From contig OZ024741.1 in assembly GCA_964016885.1 (NCBI GenBank), positions 324,012,001 through 324,076,000 of the forward strand: DNA of 64,000 nt. Reading direction: 5' to 3'. Position numbers and translations under genes: made by a program. A model generated the notes under the pieces. It had not been told where the DNA came from. It saw only the letters and a program-made list of their open reading frames with translations, and did no database searches. How positions within the stretch are numbered: position 1 is the first letter of the stretch; each line of letters begins with the position of its first letter. The stretch is from Eledone cirrhosa. Lineage: Eukaryota. Of this stretch, positions 1 through 12,100 are shown one piece after another.

Positions 1-2462
1 CACTTCGCTCAGCTGTTCGGGGGCAGCGGTGGGCCAGGTCGAGGGATGGACATTAGTGTCTACCTCGACGGACTGCCGCAGCTCTCGGCCACTGAGGCGG
101 AGTGTTGCGAAAAGCCGATAACAGCCGCTGAAGTAAGGGAGGCAATGACTGGCTGCACAAGGGGTAAATCGCCTGGTTTGGATGGTCTGCCCTATGAACT
201 TTACGAAAAGATGCCAGACTTGTTCGGAGGCCTCTTGGCGGACGTCTACTGCAACTGGCAACAGAACGGGAGAATTCCCAGTTCTGTGAGCCGAGGAGCG
301 GTGGCACTGCTGAGAAACGATCCGAACAAGGGGGATAAGATAGATAATTTCCGGCCCATAACTCTACTGAACACAGAGTTCAAGATTTTGGCCAAGGTGC
401 TAGCAAAGAGGTTGGCGCTTATCGTTGGTGGTCTGGTGGGAGAGGCGCAGACATGCGCCATTCCCGACAGATCCATCCACGACAACCTCCACCTCATGCG
501 ATACATCGTAGAGAGGGTAGCTAGGGAACCTGGCACGGGTGGGTCCTTGATCAATTTAGATCAGTCGAAAGCTTTCGATAGGGTCGACCATCGTTACCTA
601 GCGGCAGTCCTGAGGGCGGCTGGCTTTGGGCCCGTCTTCAGAGGCTGGATCGCTGCCATGCACAGCGACATCTGCTCCGTGGTGAGAGTGAACGGTCACC
701 TGTCGGAACCGTTCAAAATCATGCGCTCGGTCCGCCAAGGATGTCCCCTCTCGTCCCTCTTGTACGTATTGACTCTCGAGCCATTACTGCACAAACTGGA
801 GACGTTGAGGGGCGTCCCGCGCGAACTAGGATGCGGAAGATCCGTGTCAGCATATGCGGACGATGTCACCGTAGTGGTGTCGAATGCCAAACACATCGAG
901 GCGATCGGCACTACACTAAGAGAATACGAAGCGGTGACAGGAGCAATGATCCACCAGGAAAAGTCAGTGGGCCTGCAGCTCGGCACCTGGAGAAGCAGGT
1001 CCATGCCGTCCAACAGCGTCGTCGGACGCTGGGCGGACGGACCGGTTAAATTGCTAGGGGTCTGGTTCGGTCCGGACCTCCAAACTGGGACGAGGTGACG
1101 AGCAGGGTGGTTTCTCTCACCCAGAAATGGGCAGAGAGGAAGCTATCCCTGAAAGGTGGAGCGGAGGTGGCTAACGCGTACATCGCGTCTATCATCTGCT
1201 ACCGCCTGACCGTCGTACCTTGTCCTAAGCCTCTCCTGACTGCGCTGGAGCGTTTGCTCTTTCGCTTTTTGTGGAAGGGACGCGCTCCGATGGTCAGGCG
1301 GTCCATCTGTTGTCAACACCCGCTACGTGGAGGGCTGGGCATGCCGTGGCTGATGATGCGCAGGCACGCGCTCAGGCTACGACATCTCCACCTCTTCCTC
1401 GACGGTGATCAGGTGTGGTCGCCGTTTGCTAGACACGTATTTCCCCAGCTCGTTTCCTTGATGGAGCTGCAGTCCTGGGTCAAGCGAAAACCGAGAGGGA
1501 GCGCCTGGAGACTGCAATGTCTTCAGGCGCTCACAGCCCTCGACCAATCGGGCAATGTGATCGGTGGAAAATTCACCTCGGCGTTCTATAGAGGATTAGT
1601 GGAGGGGAAGAGCGACGACGTACTTGGGGAAACTCTAGGCGTCGACGAAATCAACTAGCCAATCTCTTCGAAAGAACTTTCGGGCCAGGGCCTATGGACA
1701 ACTTCCAGAAATCTCTGGCCTGGCAGTGCTACCGAGGAGCCTTGCCAGTTCGGGATAAACTCTACAGGCATGGAGGTGCCGTCTGCCGGGCATGTCCGAG
1801 ATGCGCGCAGGTCGACGAAACCGTCCTGCACGCACTCGTCCAGTGTCCGAAAATTGCTGACTTGTGGGTTTATGTCGAACACCTGCTGTCGCGTTTAGGA
1901 CGGATCCGGCTATCATCTGAGTCCATCGTGAGGATTGCCCCGCCCTCCTCCTTTAGCCGGCAAGGGCAGGCAGTTTTTATCTGTCTGGTGGCCATGGCGA
2001 AAGAGATAGTATGGTGGACACGTTTGAAAGGGCTGAAGACGAGCACTTACCTCTTCGGTGATGCTCTGATTGACTTTTTCAAATTTCATTTGAAAAGGAA
2101 AATCAGAGTAGAGAGGGAAGTGCTCTCTTCCCAGCATTTTGTTGAAAGATGGGTGAGAGAAGCAAGAATGGCCCCAGTGAATGGGCCTACTCTGAGTATA
2201 TATCTGTAAATTACCGGTGGAAAACTGGGAGAGGGCACTTGCCTTGGTGGTCAGGGTCATTGTGGCTTTTTATTGGGCTTTCTCCACAAATGTCCCTCCG
2301 AAGTCTCCCCATCTATTGGGGAATTTTTGATTGTTATTTTTTGTTACACCCTCTGTTTTTTTTGTTTTTTTACACGCAGAAATGCCCATTTGTACCGTAC
2401 TGTATTGTCCTGCACTGTCCTTAATGTCTACTTTATGTAAAACCTTGTGGTTAATAAAGAAA

Positions 2463-2464
<2 letters not shown>
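1..2464 (+). mobile_element. Tx1/L1-clade non-LTR retrotransposon family A, copy 1 (3' part, runs off window start); ORF2 broken
   Basis: Close match to 10304-12773. RT motifs (LDQSKAFDRV, QGCPLS, YADD) and C-terminal CPRC..ETVLHALVQC are present. A 10-nt deletion near 1082 and a 1-nt deletion near 1650 frameshift ORF2. Ends AATAAAGAAATC(ATT)n. Confidence 0.93.

Positions 2465-2515
<51 letters not shown>
2465..2515. repeat. (ATT)17 microsatellite shared by the Tx1 3' end and the Dong/R4 3' end
   Basis: Direct read. Confidence 0.97.
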
Positions 2516-5500
2516 GTTCTTTGAGTCTCAGTTATTGATGTTAGTTAACTGGAAAGTTTGTTGAAATGAATATCAAGCCACTACCTGCAGCCTCAGATAT
2601 TCAGGACATATCGGAGGGTTCTTGCTGTTCCCAGCAAGCATGCCTTTTGAAGTGTTCCAAAAAGCGGGGCGAGACCAATTTTCTTTAACCATCCCTGGAA
2701 ATTTTTTGAGATAGTACCTAGTGCGCCTATGACAATCGGGACCACTTTGACTTCAAGGCAGTTCCAAATCCTTTTTACCTCCCACTTTAAGTCCTGGTAT
2801 CGGTTAATTTTCTCCCTCTCCTTCTCTTGCACGCACGTGTCGAATGGGCAGACCACACCCACAATCAGGCACGATCTTTTTTTCTTGTCCAAAACCACCA
2901 GGTCAGGTCTATTGTGTTTCAGTTTCTTGTCCGTCTGTATCCTAAAATCCCACAGCACCTTCACCTGATCGTTTTCTATCACCGACTCTGGCTTATGCTC
3001 ATACCACTTCTCAGAATGTGGTAAATTGTTTACTTTGCATAGGTGCCAGTGGATCACCCTGCCCATCGCATCATGTCTCCAGCCTTTATAGTGAGTCTGG
3101 GCTAGGTGTTTACACTCGGATACAATGTGAGCCACAGTCTCCTCTCTCTCTCCACAGATCCTGCACAGTCGGCTAGCCTCCTCCTTGTAAATATGATGTT
3201 TCAGCCACTTCGTTTTGAGGGCCTGCTCTTGCGCAGCCATTAGCATTCCTTCTGTAGCCTTTTTAAGGTCTCCTCTTTTCAACCAGTTCCATGTCTGTGG
3301 ATCTCTGAATTCCATTTTCTCAAAGAAGGTACTGTAAAGGGATTTTTCATGAAGGCTTCTCTTTCTCCTTGTTGTTATTTCCTCCTTGGACATCCCCTGG
3401 TCTATTGTCCTCTCCTTCCGTACAATTCTGAGCAATGGCTCCTTACTATCAGTCACGTATTTGTGTAGGTTGTTTTTGTCCATCTGAACACAGTCCTCTA
3501 TGCTGATAAGACCTCTTCCACCCTCAGATCTCCTTAGGTAGAGTCTATCGACATCACTCCTCTTGTGGAACATGTTGTAGATAGTCAATAGCTTCCTAGT
3601 CTTCCTATCCATTTCTTTTTGTTCAGCAACATTCCATCTCAGAATTCCCGCACTGTACCTAATAATAGACACAGCTCGGGAATTTACTGCGCTTATGGCA
3701 TTTCTGCTGTTCAGATGTGACTTCAATACGCTCCTTACTCTCCGAATGTATTCAGTTCTTAACAATTCCTTCATTTTTTTGTTCTTTATGCCATCAGCCT
3801 CCAGAACGCCCAAATACTTGTATCCTTCCTCAGAGTCAATTTCCTTTATCATCTCACCTGTTGGTATCTGGATTCCGTTACTTCTGCTCAACCTACCCCT
3901 CCTCATCACAATGACTCCACATTTACTAATACCAAACTGCATACAAATATCACTGCTGAAAATACGGACAGTGTCAACAAGCACATCCAACTCCTTCTCA
4001 CTCTTCCCGAAGAGCTTAAGATCGTCCATGAAGAGGAGGTGATTGATGGTAAGCTCTCCCTTTCCCAACTTGTATCCTGCTCTCACTTTTCGCAGCATAA
4101 TGGTCAAGGGCATCAGGGCAAGGACAAACAACAGAGGGGACAGGCTATCTCCCTGGAAGATACCTCTCTTGATCTTCACGCTTTCCAAGGATTCTCCAGT
4201 TGATGTCAACTCTGTCTCCCAGGACCCCATACTCCTGCCCAGCAACTGTCTGATGTTTTCTGCCACCTTGAAGATCTCCAGGCTTTTGGTGATCCAAGAA
4301 TGAGGCACCATGTCAAATGCCATTTTGTAGTCTATCCATCCCATGGCAAGACCAGTGTGTCTCCTCTTGCAATTCCTCATTACCATCTTATCAATAAGTA
4401 ACTGGTCCTTTATACCACGGGACTTTTTTCGGCATCCTTTCTGTTCGTCCGGTAACAAGTCGTTTATGTGGAGGTGATGGTAGATTTCCTCAGACACAAT
4501 GTTTTTCAACAGTTTCCACATTACGGACAGACATGTGATAGGTCTATAGTTGGTAACATCATTACCCTTGGTTCGGTCTTTCATTACCAGAACTGTGGTA
4601 CCTTTTGTCAACTACTCTGGTACCTCACCTGACATCAAGCAGTCATTGAACATGGTTGTCAGTTTCGGGTGGAGGGATGTTATATTTTTAATCCAATACC
4701 CCCTGCACACCATCTGGGCCTGGTGATTTCCAGTTGGTTAGTTTTTTTGGCCTGCCCCAAATCAGTTTGTTGGTGTGCCTGTTCACTAATCTCCTTTTGT
4801 ACTGTCTCAATCCACACTGCCTGGTCATTATGTTTAACATCCAGCTCCCATATTCCTCTCCAGAATGTCTTAGTTTGTTCCGCCTCAGGGATCAAGTCGT
4901 TGCCTCTTTCTTTCCCTTCAAGCTGTCCAAACAACATCTTCTGGTTGTTGTCAAACATGCGGTTCTGTCTATACTGACTGACTCTGCTCTCGTATCGCCT
5001 AATTTTTGCACTCTTTGCTACAATGCGTTGCTTCAGTTCCTCTCTGATAATATTTAACTTTTTCCTCCTAGTTTTGTACTTTATTTCCAGTCTATTTTTA
5101 GTGTCTATGTTTTTTAGTGTCCCATTCAGTAGAGACTCAAGCTTTCCAATGTCATTTCTCATTTCCCTGATTTGACCATTCAGTCGTTTCTTCCACCAAG
5201 GTTCTGATCTTTCTTGTTTGTTGTTTCCTCTCGCGTTTATGCCAAGTAATTTCCTAACCGTATTTGATGTTGCTTTGAGGATATTGTTGCACTGGTGAAG
5301 GCTCCTCGCCTCAAGGTATGGGATGACTTTGTTTACCTTAGCTGTTGTTTCTTTTAACTTTTTTCCTGTATACAAATCTTAGGTTCATAGGTTTCCTACT
5401 ATCATTGTTCATTTCATCTACCACTAAGTTTAGGATATCAACCAACTCTTGTCCTAGCCCGTCAGCATTCATCTCCTCAATGGCCGTATCACTGTTCCAG

Positions 5501-6004
5501 GTATTATTTATTTCAGCATTCAGATCATTGTCTGCTTCGGATGGTTCCTCCGTTCCCTCAACCTCTTCACCTTCATTTCCCACTGGCTCGTTTGCCTGGC
5601 ATACTCCACTCTCCATTTCCAACCTAATCTCTCTGCTCAGTTCCTCCAGTTCCAGCACGCTTATCCACCCATTAGTTCTTATTACCCGAGCCTGCCCAAT
5701 TTTTGTTCATCTAACTTAAATAGACCAATCTTGTTCCAGATGTTCTGGTACCTTTCCATCTTCTTCTTCCTCCGACACCAGCAGTATTTGGTTGTCAGCC
5801 AGGTCCCTGCTGCTGAGCCAGGGAGCACCTGCTGGGTGAGAGTCTGTCACATGACATTCCAGATCCACTTCACCGTTATTCGAACTGTTTAGGTTCGACA
5901 TTTAAACACTCTTACGAGGATTGGTGAATGTATGGTTACATAACCACCGGTGATTTCATCACCCCCAGTGATTTTAGTGTGGCACTATCACGCTGTAGAC
6001 GAAC
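2516..6004 (-). mobile_element. R4/Dong-clade RLE-type non-LTR retrotransposon, copy 1 (5' boundary uncertain, may extend to 6722)
   Basis: RT ([39 protein letters not shown]), CCHC ([18 protein letters not shown]) and restriction-like endonuclease (NRPDLVVLD...EKINRY). Short 3' UTR is followed by (AAT)n on the minus strand. Confidence 0.9.
2593..5901 (-). pseudogene. Dong/R4 single ORF split by frameshifts (fragments 5716-5901, 5338-5658, 4680-5375, 2593-4611)
   Basis: Consecutive ORF-track fragments in different frames. The second catalytic Asp of the RLE appears as Gly (LIVGVVCP versus typical LIIDVACP). Confidence 0.85.
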
Positions 6005-6268
6005 ATAAATAAACAAACAAACAAATAGGTAACCTCCTCCCCCCAAAAAGCATAAGTTTCATTGTAATGTAATGTTTGAATGTCTGACAGTTTTTTTTTC
6101 TTGTCTGTTTGTTTTTCTTTTCTTTTTTCTTTTCTTTACGTTTTTCGTTGCTGCTGTGCTATTTTGATTTTGATTTTTGTTTTTTTGATTTTTTGACCGG
6201 GTCATCAAATCAGTCTATTTATATCTTTTGATGCCTTCCTCATTTAGTGGGAATACTACGATGCCTGT

Positions 6269-6410
6269 CTTAGCAGGAGGTAGTGGGAGAAGATAGCGGC
6301 GGTAGCGATAATGAGGAAGTGGTGGTGGTGATGTGTTAGTTGTACTTAGCAGGAGGTAGTGGGAGAGTATAGTGGCGGTAGCGATAATGAGGCAGCGGTG
6401 GTGGTGATGT
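6269..6410. repeat. Two ~77-bp G-rich direct repeats (also at 16569-16710)
   Basis: CTTAGCAGGAGGTAGTGGGAGA...GGTAGCGATAATGAGG...GGTGGTGGTGATGTG at 6269 and 6346. Confidence 0.8.
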
Positions 6411-6722
6411 GATCGTAGTACTGTAGTGATGGTGTTGAAGTTGAAGTAGAAATAGAAGTTGAGGTAACTTGACTAGAGTTTTTGGCGTGGTAGTGGTTAT
6501 GGTGGCGGTGGTGGTGTTGGTGGTGAAATGATTTGCCTGTCTGTCCACTTAGCCATTTTTCTCTTTTTCGACTATAACATTTCTGATCCAAAATTAAATA
6601 TTAAATATTGGGGCCCTATGCCGTAATGTGATGCGTTGTCGCTTGCTGAGAGTCAAAACTGTAATCTTATACTTCATTTGTAATAAGAATTATTCTATCA
6701 CAGTTGTTTTAAATAAGTAAAA

Positions 6723-6758
<36 letters not shown>
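6723..6758. repeat. (ATT)12 immediately 5' of Tx1 copy 2 (also at 17023-17058)
   Basis: Direct read. Confidence 0.97.
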
Positions 6759-6971
6759 GAATGCCATGGTTGACGGAGGCTCGGCTCTGTAAGGTATAGT
6801 AATTTTTAACCGTTAAAACAATTGTAAATTGTTTAAAACTTGAACCAAATTGTTGATAAAGACACCCTCCTCCTCGTGAGAGGGGTCTTTCTGTCCGTTA
6901 TTTGGCCCTTCGGGGTTAAATAACCAGTTATTGGGGTTTTGTACCCAAAATTTCATTTTAAACAAAAAAAC

Positions 6972-9068
6972 ATGGCTACCAAAAAGAAATTTCATACGTC
7001 ACTCCCACTCATTCCGTCTTCTTCTTCCTCAATCATCACTACAGCAGAGAGAAGATTGTCTCTCTCCCTCCCTTCTTTAAATGTGTCTCTCTCCCTCCCT
7101 TCTCTTTCGCAAGTGACGAAAGAAAAGAAAAGTCTCGTGCAAAGCGTGCAAGGTTTCTCCACGACGACGACGACAGCGACGAAACAGGTGTGCGGGAAAT
7201 ACGAAAACCCAGTTCATTCGTCTGACGTCAGGAATAATAGCAGTAGCAGCCGTAATAACAACAGCAACAGTGACAATGAAAACAACAGTAGCAGCCGCAA
7301 CAGCATCACCAGCAGCATAAACAACAACAGCATTAGCAGCAGCAACACCAACAACAACCACAGCAACAGCGGCGGAGGCAGTAGTCGTAGTACCTGCAGC
7401 AACAACAAAAGTACCAGCAGCTCTGACGACAACAACAACAGCAGAGAAAAACCAATCTCATTTGCAGGTATTGCGAAAAATTTGGAAACAATCCTCATAA
7501 CAAATGAGGAATTAGAGGAAGCGAAGAAGATGGTGACAAAGAACGGACACCGAGCAATCTGCAAGGCAGCGAAAAATTTTTTCGAAACCCAAGAGCACTG
7601 TACGGTCACGTACCGTACAGTAAGTACAAAATCCCGTAGGGTGGAAAGAGCCACAGAGGCCCAAATACAAAAAGCCTTGGGGTCTGTGTGGCAGCGGAAA
7701 ACGCACATCACCCGAGGCAAAAAATATGCCACCGTAGACGTACTTTTTGCCACACCCCAGGAGGCAAAGGCCCAATCAGTAGTGACCCTAAGGAGCGAGG
7801 AAATGGTGTTGGTGCCCTCCTACTGTGGGCAAAAAATTGTGAGGGTCAAACTGACCCACGTCCCCCCCGGAATGACCCCTTCTTGGCTGGCCGCGTCTGT
7901 CCTCGTCGGAATCGAGGACAAAACAACTGTACTGCAAGTACAGAAAAAAGTAAGAGAAGATTGGGTCGGCTCCTCCATTGAGATGCTAATCCAAACCAAC
8001 CAGGAGTGCATCGAAGCTATCCCGGATGTGATAGACTTCGATAACGGCACTCAACTGCCCATAAGTGTTGAGGGCAAACGCCCGAAATGCTTTCGCTGTG
8101 GATCGAAGACTCACCTCAGGGCCTTCTGCAACGAGAAGACCCTGAGAAAGGAGAAAACCCCCCTCCTTCCGAATCCGGCTCCACGGCTACCAGCAACAGG
8201 ACAAGCGGCAACCAGGAACGATAGGCCCGTGGCACCCATACCCACTCCACGGAAATCAAAAACAGCAGCAGCAGTGGAAATACTAACAACAACAACAGCA
8301 ATACCAAATGCAGCTGCAACAGAGACTCCAGTGCAAACATCACCAACAACAACAAGTGAAAGAGTGGAGTTGGTACCCCTCCCCGACCTCACAGAATCAG
8401 ACATGGAGTGTGAGGTGGGAGAGAGATGGCAAAAGGTCGTAAGAAGGCACAAACGCAGAAGCAGCGCATCGTCGCCTTTGAAAAGTGAGGAAAGAAATGA
8501 GAAAAGGGTAAAGTCTACTGCAAAGAGACCCACAGCAGCAACAACACCAACACCATCACCACCCACACTAGCGCCACCATCACCACCGGCGACAACCCCA
8601 CCGCCAACAACACCTTCAACACCACCACCACAAGCACCAACATCGCAAACACAACAACAAAACACACACACCCAGCAACAACGACAAGAAAATAGCAGAA
8701 CCACACCCCACCCCCAGAAAAACAAATGCACGGCAATAAATACACACAACAAGAAACTAATGACTTACATAATTGAACACACAGACATTTCACAACAGGA
8801 CTACATAATACCAGCACCAATCAAAACGCCAACTAACATAAGACTGCTAAAAATAGCACAGAAACAATACACAAATATTAAAACGAAATTCCCCAACGCA
8901 GTTGGTGATTTCAGGGACCTAGGAGGAACCATCAATCGAAGAGTATACTCAGACATTCTCTTAGAAGAGCCGACGACCAGCCGAAGGGACGATTCAACGG
9001 TCCCTTCACCAGACGATCAAGTGAAAAGGGATGTAAAAACCATCCCTCCTCTACCAAAAGTACGGTAA
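6972..9068 (+). CDS. Tx1 ORF1p (gag-like nucleic-acid-binding protein with a zinc knuckle)
   Basis: First ATG at 6972 (the ORF track starts at TTG 6939). CCHC knuckle CFRCGSKTHLRAFC, N/S-rich N-terminus, P/T-rich C-terminus, basic WQKVVRRHKRR motif. Confidence 0.88.
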   Translation: MATKKKFHTSLPLIPSSSSSIITTAERRLSLSLPSLNVSLSLPSLSQVTKEKKSLVQSVQGFSTTTTTATKQVCGKYENPVHSSDVRNNSSSSRNNNSNSDNENNSSSRNSITSSINNNSISSSNTNNNHSNSGGGSSRSTCSNNKSTSSSDDNNNSREKPISFAGIAKNLETILITNEELEEAKKMVTKNGHRAICKAAKNFFETQEHCTVTYRTVSTKSRRVERATEAQIQKALGSVWQRKTHITRGKKYATVDVLFATPQEAKAQSVVTLRSEEMVLVPSYCGQKIVRVKLTHVPPGMTPSWLAASVLVGIEDKTTVLQVQKKVREDWVGSSIEMLIQTNQECIEAIPDVIDFDNGTQLPISVEGKRPKCFRCGSKTHLRAFCNEKTLRKEKTPLLPNPAPRLPATGQAATRNDRPVAPIPTPRKSKTAAAVEILTTTTAIPNAAATETPVQTSPTTTSERVELVPLPDLTESDMECEVGERWQKVVRRHKRRSSASSPLKSEERNEKRVKSTAKRPTAATTPTPSPPTLAPPSPPATTPPPTTPSTPPPQAPTSQTQQQNTHTQQQRQENSRTTPHPQKNKCTAINTHNKKLMTYIIEHTDISQQDYIIPAPIKTPTNIRLLKIAQKQYTNIKTKFPNAVGDFRDLGGTINRRVYSDILLEEPTTSRRDDSTVPSPDDQVKRDVKTIPPLPKVR

Positions 9069-9103
9069 GTGGTCTTTCCCATCTTTTCCACTCTATTTTA
9101 AAC

Positions 9104-12100
9104 ATGACCTCACTCAGAATAGGCAGCATAAATGCGCGTGGCTTGGGGTCGTCATGGAAGCAGGGTCACCTGCTCAACGACCTCAGGTCACTAAACATAG
9201 ATGTAGTGGCCATCAGCGAGACCAGAATCTCCGAAGCACGGGCCTTCGCACCGATCTTCGGCGGCTTCGATGTGTACGCATCTCCCAGCCGTCCTGGATC
9301 CGGTGGAGGAGTTGCTGTGCTTTTTCGGAGAGGTTTGGATCTCGCCATACGGGCCATCTTCCTGGACCCAGAGGGTAAGCTGGTGGTGCTGGACGTGACC
9401 AGCGGAGACGGGCAAGCTTTCAGGCTAGTGGCCGTCTATGCCCCGACAGGAGCAGGGCGGCCTGATTTCTTCCGGCGTCTGGAGACCTTTCTTGGAACGT
9501 CCCGCTCTTTAGTGTTAGTGGGCGACTGGAACGGGATCTTAGATGCACGCTGGGACTGTGTGGGATTAGCGGATAGGGGTGGAGGGTGCAAGAGCCTCAC
9601 CAACCTGCTCAGGCGTTTTGAACTGTCTGACAGGTACCGATTGGATTTCCCGAATGTGCCAATGTGGACTTGGACAAACCGCATAGGGTCATCCAGATCA
9701 TATCTAGATAGAGTATTTTGTAGGGAAATAGATAGGTCTAGCATAGGCTGTCCACAATTCAAGATAGTCAGCTACACGGACCACAAATTCGTGATCTGTG
9801 TGCTTGACTTAGATAGGCTTCATAGACGAGGACCCGGCTACTGGAAGCTAAACGCGTCCTTACCAGCGCGCAAGGCCTACAGAGACCGGATTAGCGAACT
9901 AGTTAAGCGGGCGTTGACGGGGGCCATCGTCAACAACAAGTGGTGGTTTGCTCTGAAAAGAGCGATTAGAATAGAATCGATTAGGTTTAGTAAGGCTTTA
10001 GCAATAGAGAAAAATAGAGCAGAGGGAGAACTAGTTAGAAAATTAGACGAGGCGCTTAGCAAAGGCATTGGGACCGACGTGCTTGCGGCGAAATTGGCCC
10101 TTGACCAATTCTTCAATGCAAAGCACGAAGGCTGCGTTGTCAGAGCTAGGGTGCGTGCTCTCAGACACGAGGGGACGAAAGCCGTTCAATGGGCCCGAGT
10201 GGCGGAGGCGCGTCGTGGCAACAAAGCCACGATCCGGTCTTTGGTGGACCACGACGGGCGCATGCTACTCGATCCCGGGCAAATGTGTGAAGCTTTTCAG
10301 CGACACTTCGCTCAGCTGTTCGGGGGCAGCGGGGGGCCGGGTAGAGGGATGGACTTTAGTGTCTACCTCGACGGACTGCCGCGGCTCTCGGCCACTGAGG
10401 CGAGGTGTTGCGAAAAGCCGATAACAGCCGCTGAAGTACGGGAGGCAATGACTGGCTGCACAAGGGGTAAATCGCCTGGTTTGGATGGTCTGCCCTATGA
10501 ACTTTACGTACAGATGCCAGACTTGTTCGGAGGCCTCTTGGCGGACGTCTACTGCAACTGGCAACAGAACGGGAGAATTCCCAGTTCTGTGAGCCGAGGA
10601 GCGGTGGCACTGCTGAGAAAGGATCCGAACAAGGGGGATAACATAGACAATTTCCGGCCCATAACTCTGCTAAACACAGAGTTTAAGATTTTGGCCAAGG
10701 TGCTAGCAAAGAGGTTGGCGCTTGTCGTTGGTGGTCTGGTGGGAGAGGCGCAGACATGCGCCATTCCCGACAGATCCATCCACGACAACCTCCACCTCAT
10801 GCGATACATCGTAGAGAGGGTAGCTAGGGAACCTGGCACGGGTGGGTCCTTGATCAATTTAGATCAGTCGAAAGCTTTCGATAGGGTCGACCATCGTTAC
10901 CTAGCGGCAGTCCTGAGGGCGGCTGGCTTTGGGCCCGTCTTCAGAGGCTGGATCGCTGCCATGCACAGCGACATCTGCTCTGTGGTGAGAGTGAACGGTC
11001 ACCTGTCGGAACCGTTCAACATCATGCGCTCGGTCCGCCAAGGATGTCCCCTCTCGTCCCTCTTGTACGTATTGACTCTCGAGCCATTACTGCACAAACT
11101 GGAGACGTTGAGGGGGGTCCCGCGCGAACTAGGATGCGGAAGATCCGTATCAGCATATGCGGACGATGTCACCGTAGTGGTGTCGAACGCCAAACACATC
11201 GAAGCGCTCGGCACTACACTAAGAGAATACGAAGCGGTGACAGGAGCAATGGTCAACCAGGAAAAGTCAGTGGGCCTGCAGCTCGGCACCTGGAGAGGCA
11301 GGTCCATGCCGTCCAACAGCGTCGTCGGACGCTGGACGGACGGACCGGTTAAATTGCTAGGGGTCTGGTTCGGTCCGGACCTCCAGACGGACAAAAACTG
11401 GGACGAGGTGACGAGCAGGGTGGCTTCTCTCACCCAGAAATGGGCCGAGAGGAAGCTATCCCTGAAAGGTCGAGCGGAGGTGGCTAACGCGTACATCGCG
11501 TCCGTCATCTGCTACCGCCTGACCGTCGTACCTTGTCCTAAGCCTCGCCTGACTGTGCTGGAGCGTTTGCTCTTTCGCTTTTTGTGGAAGGGACGCGCTC
11601 CGATGGTCAGGCGGTCCATCTGTTGTCAACACCCGCTACGTGGAGGGCTGGGCATGCCGTGGCTGATGATGCGCAGGCACGCGCTCAGGCTACGACATCT
11701 CCACCTCTTCCTCGACGGTGATCAGGTGTGGTCGCCGTTTGCTAGACGCGTGTTTCCCCAGCTCGTTTCCTTGACGGAGCTGCAGTCCTGGGTCAAGCGA
11801 AGACCGAGAGGGAGCGCCTGGAGACTGGAATGTCTTCAGGCGCTCACAGCCCTCGACCAATCGGGCAATGTGATCGGTGGAAACTCCACCTCGGCGTTCT
11901 ATAGAGGATTAGTGGAGGGGAAGAGCGACGACGTACTTGGGGAAACTCTAGGCGTCGACGAAAATCAACTAGCCAATCTCTTCGGAAGAACTTTCGGGCC
12001 AGGGCCTATGGACAACTTCCAGAAATCTCTGGCCTGGCAGTGCTACCGAGGAGCCTTGCCAGTTCGGGATAAACTCTACAGGCATGGAGGTGCCGTCAGC

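Noticed and set aside
5905-6000. Possible ribozyme at the Dong 5' end (TCCTCGT and GGTGAT-GAAA hairpin on the minus strand)
   Set aside because: P3 does not pair and there is no CUGANGA core; I could not build an HDV, hammerhead or twister fold.
6861-6890. TCCTCGT loop in the Tx1 5' UTR resembling HDV ribozyme L3
   Set aside because: There is no room for P2 between P1 and P3, no P1.1 GG and no J4/2. It folds as a simple hairpin.
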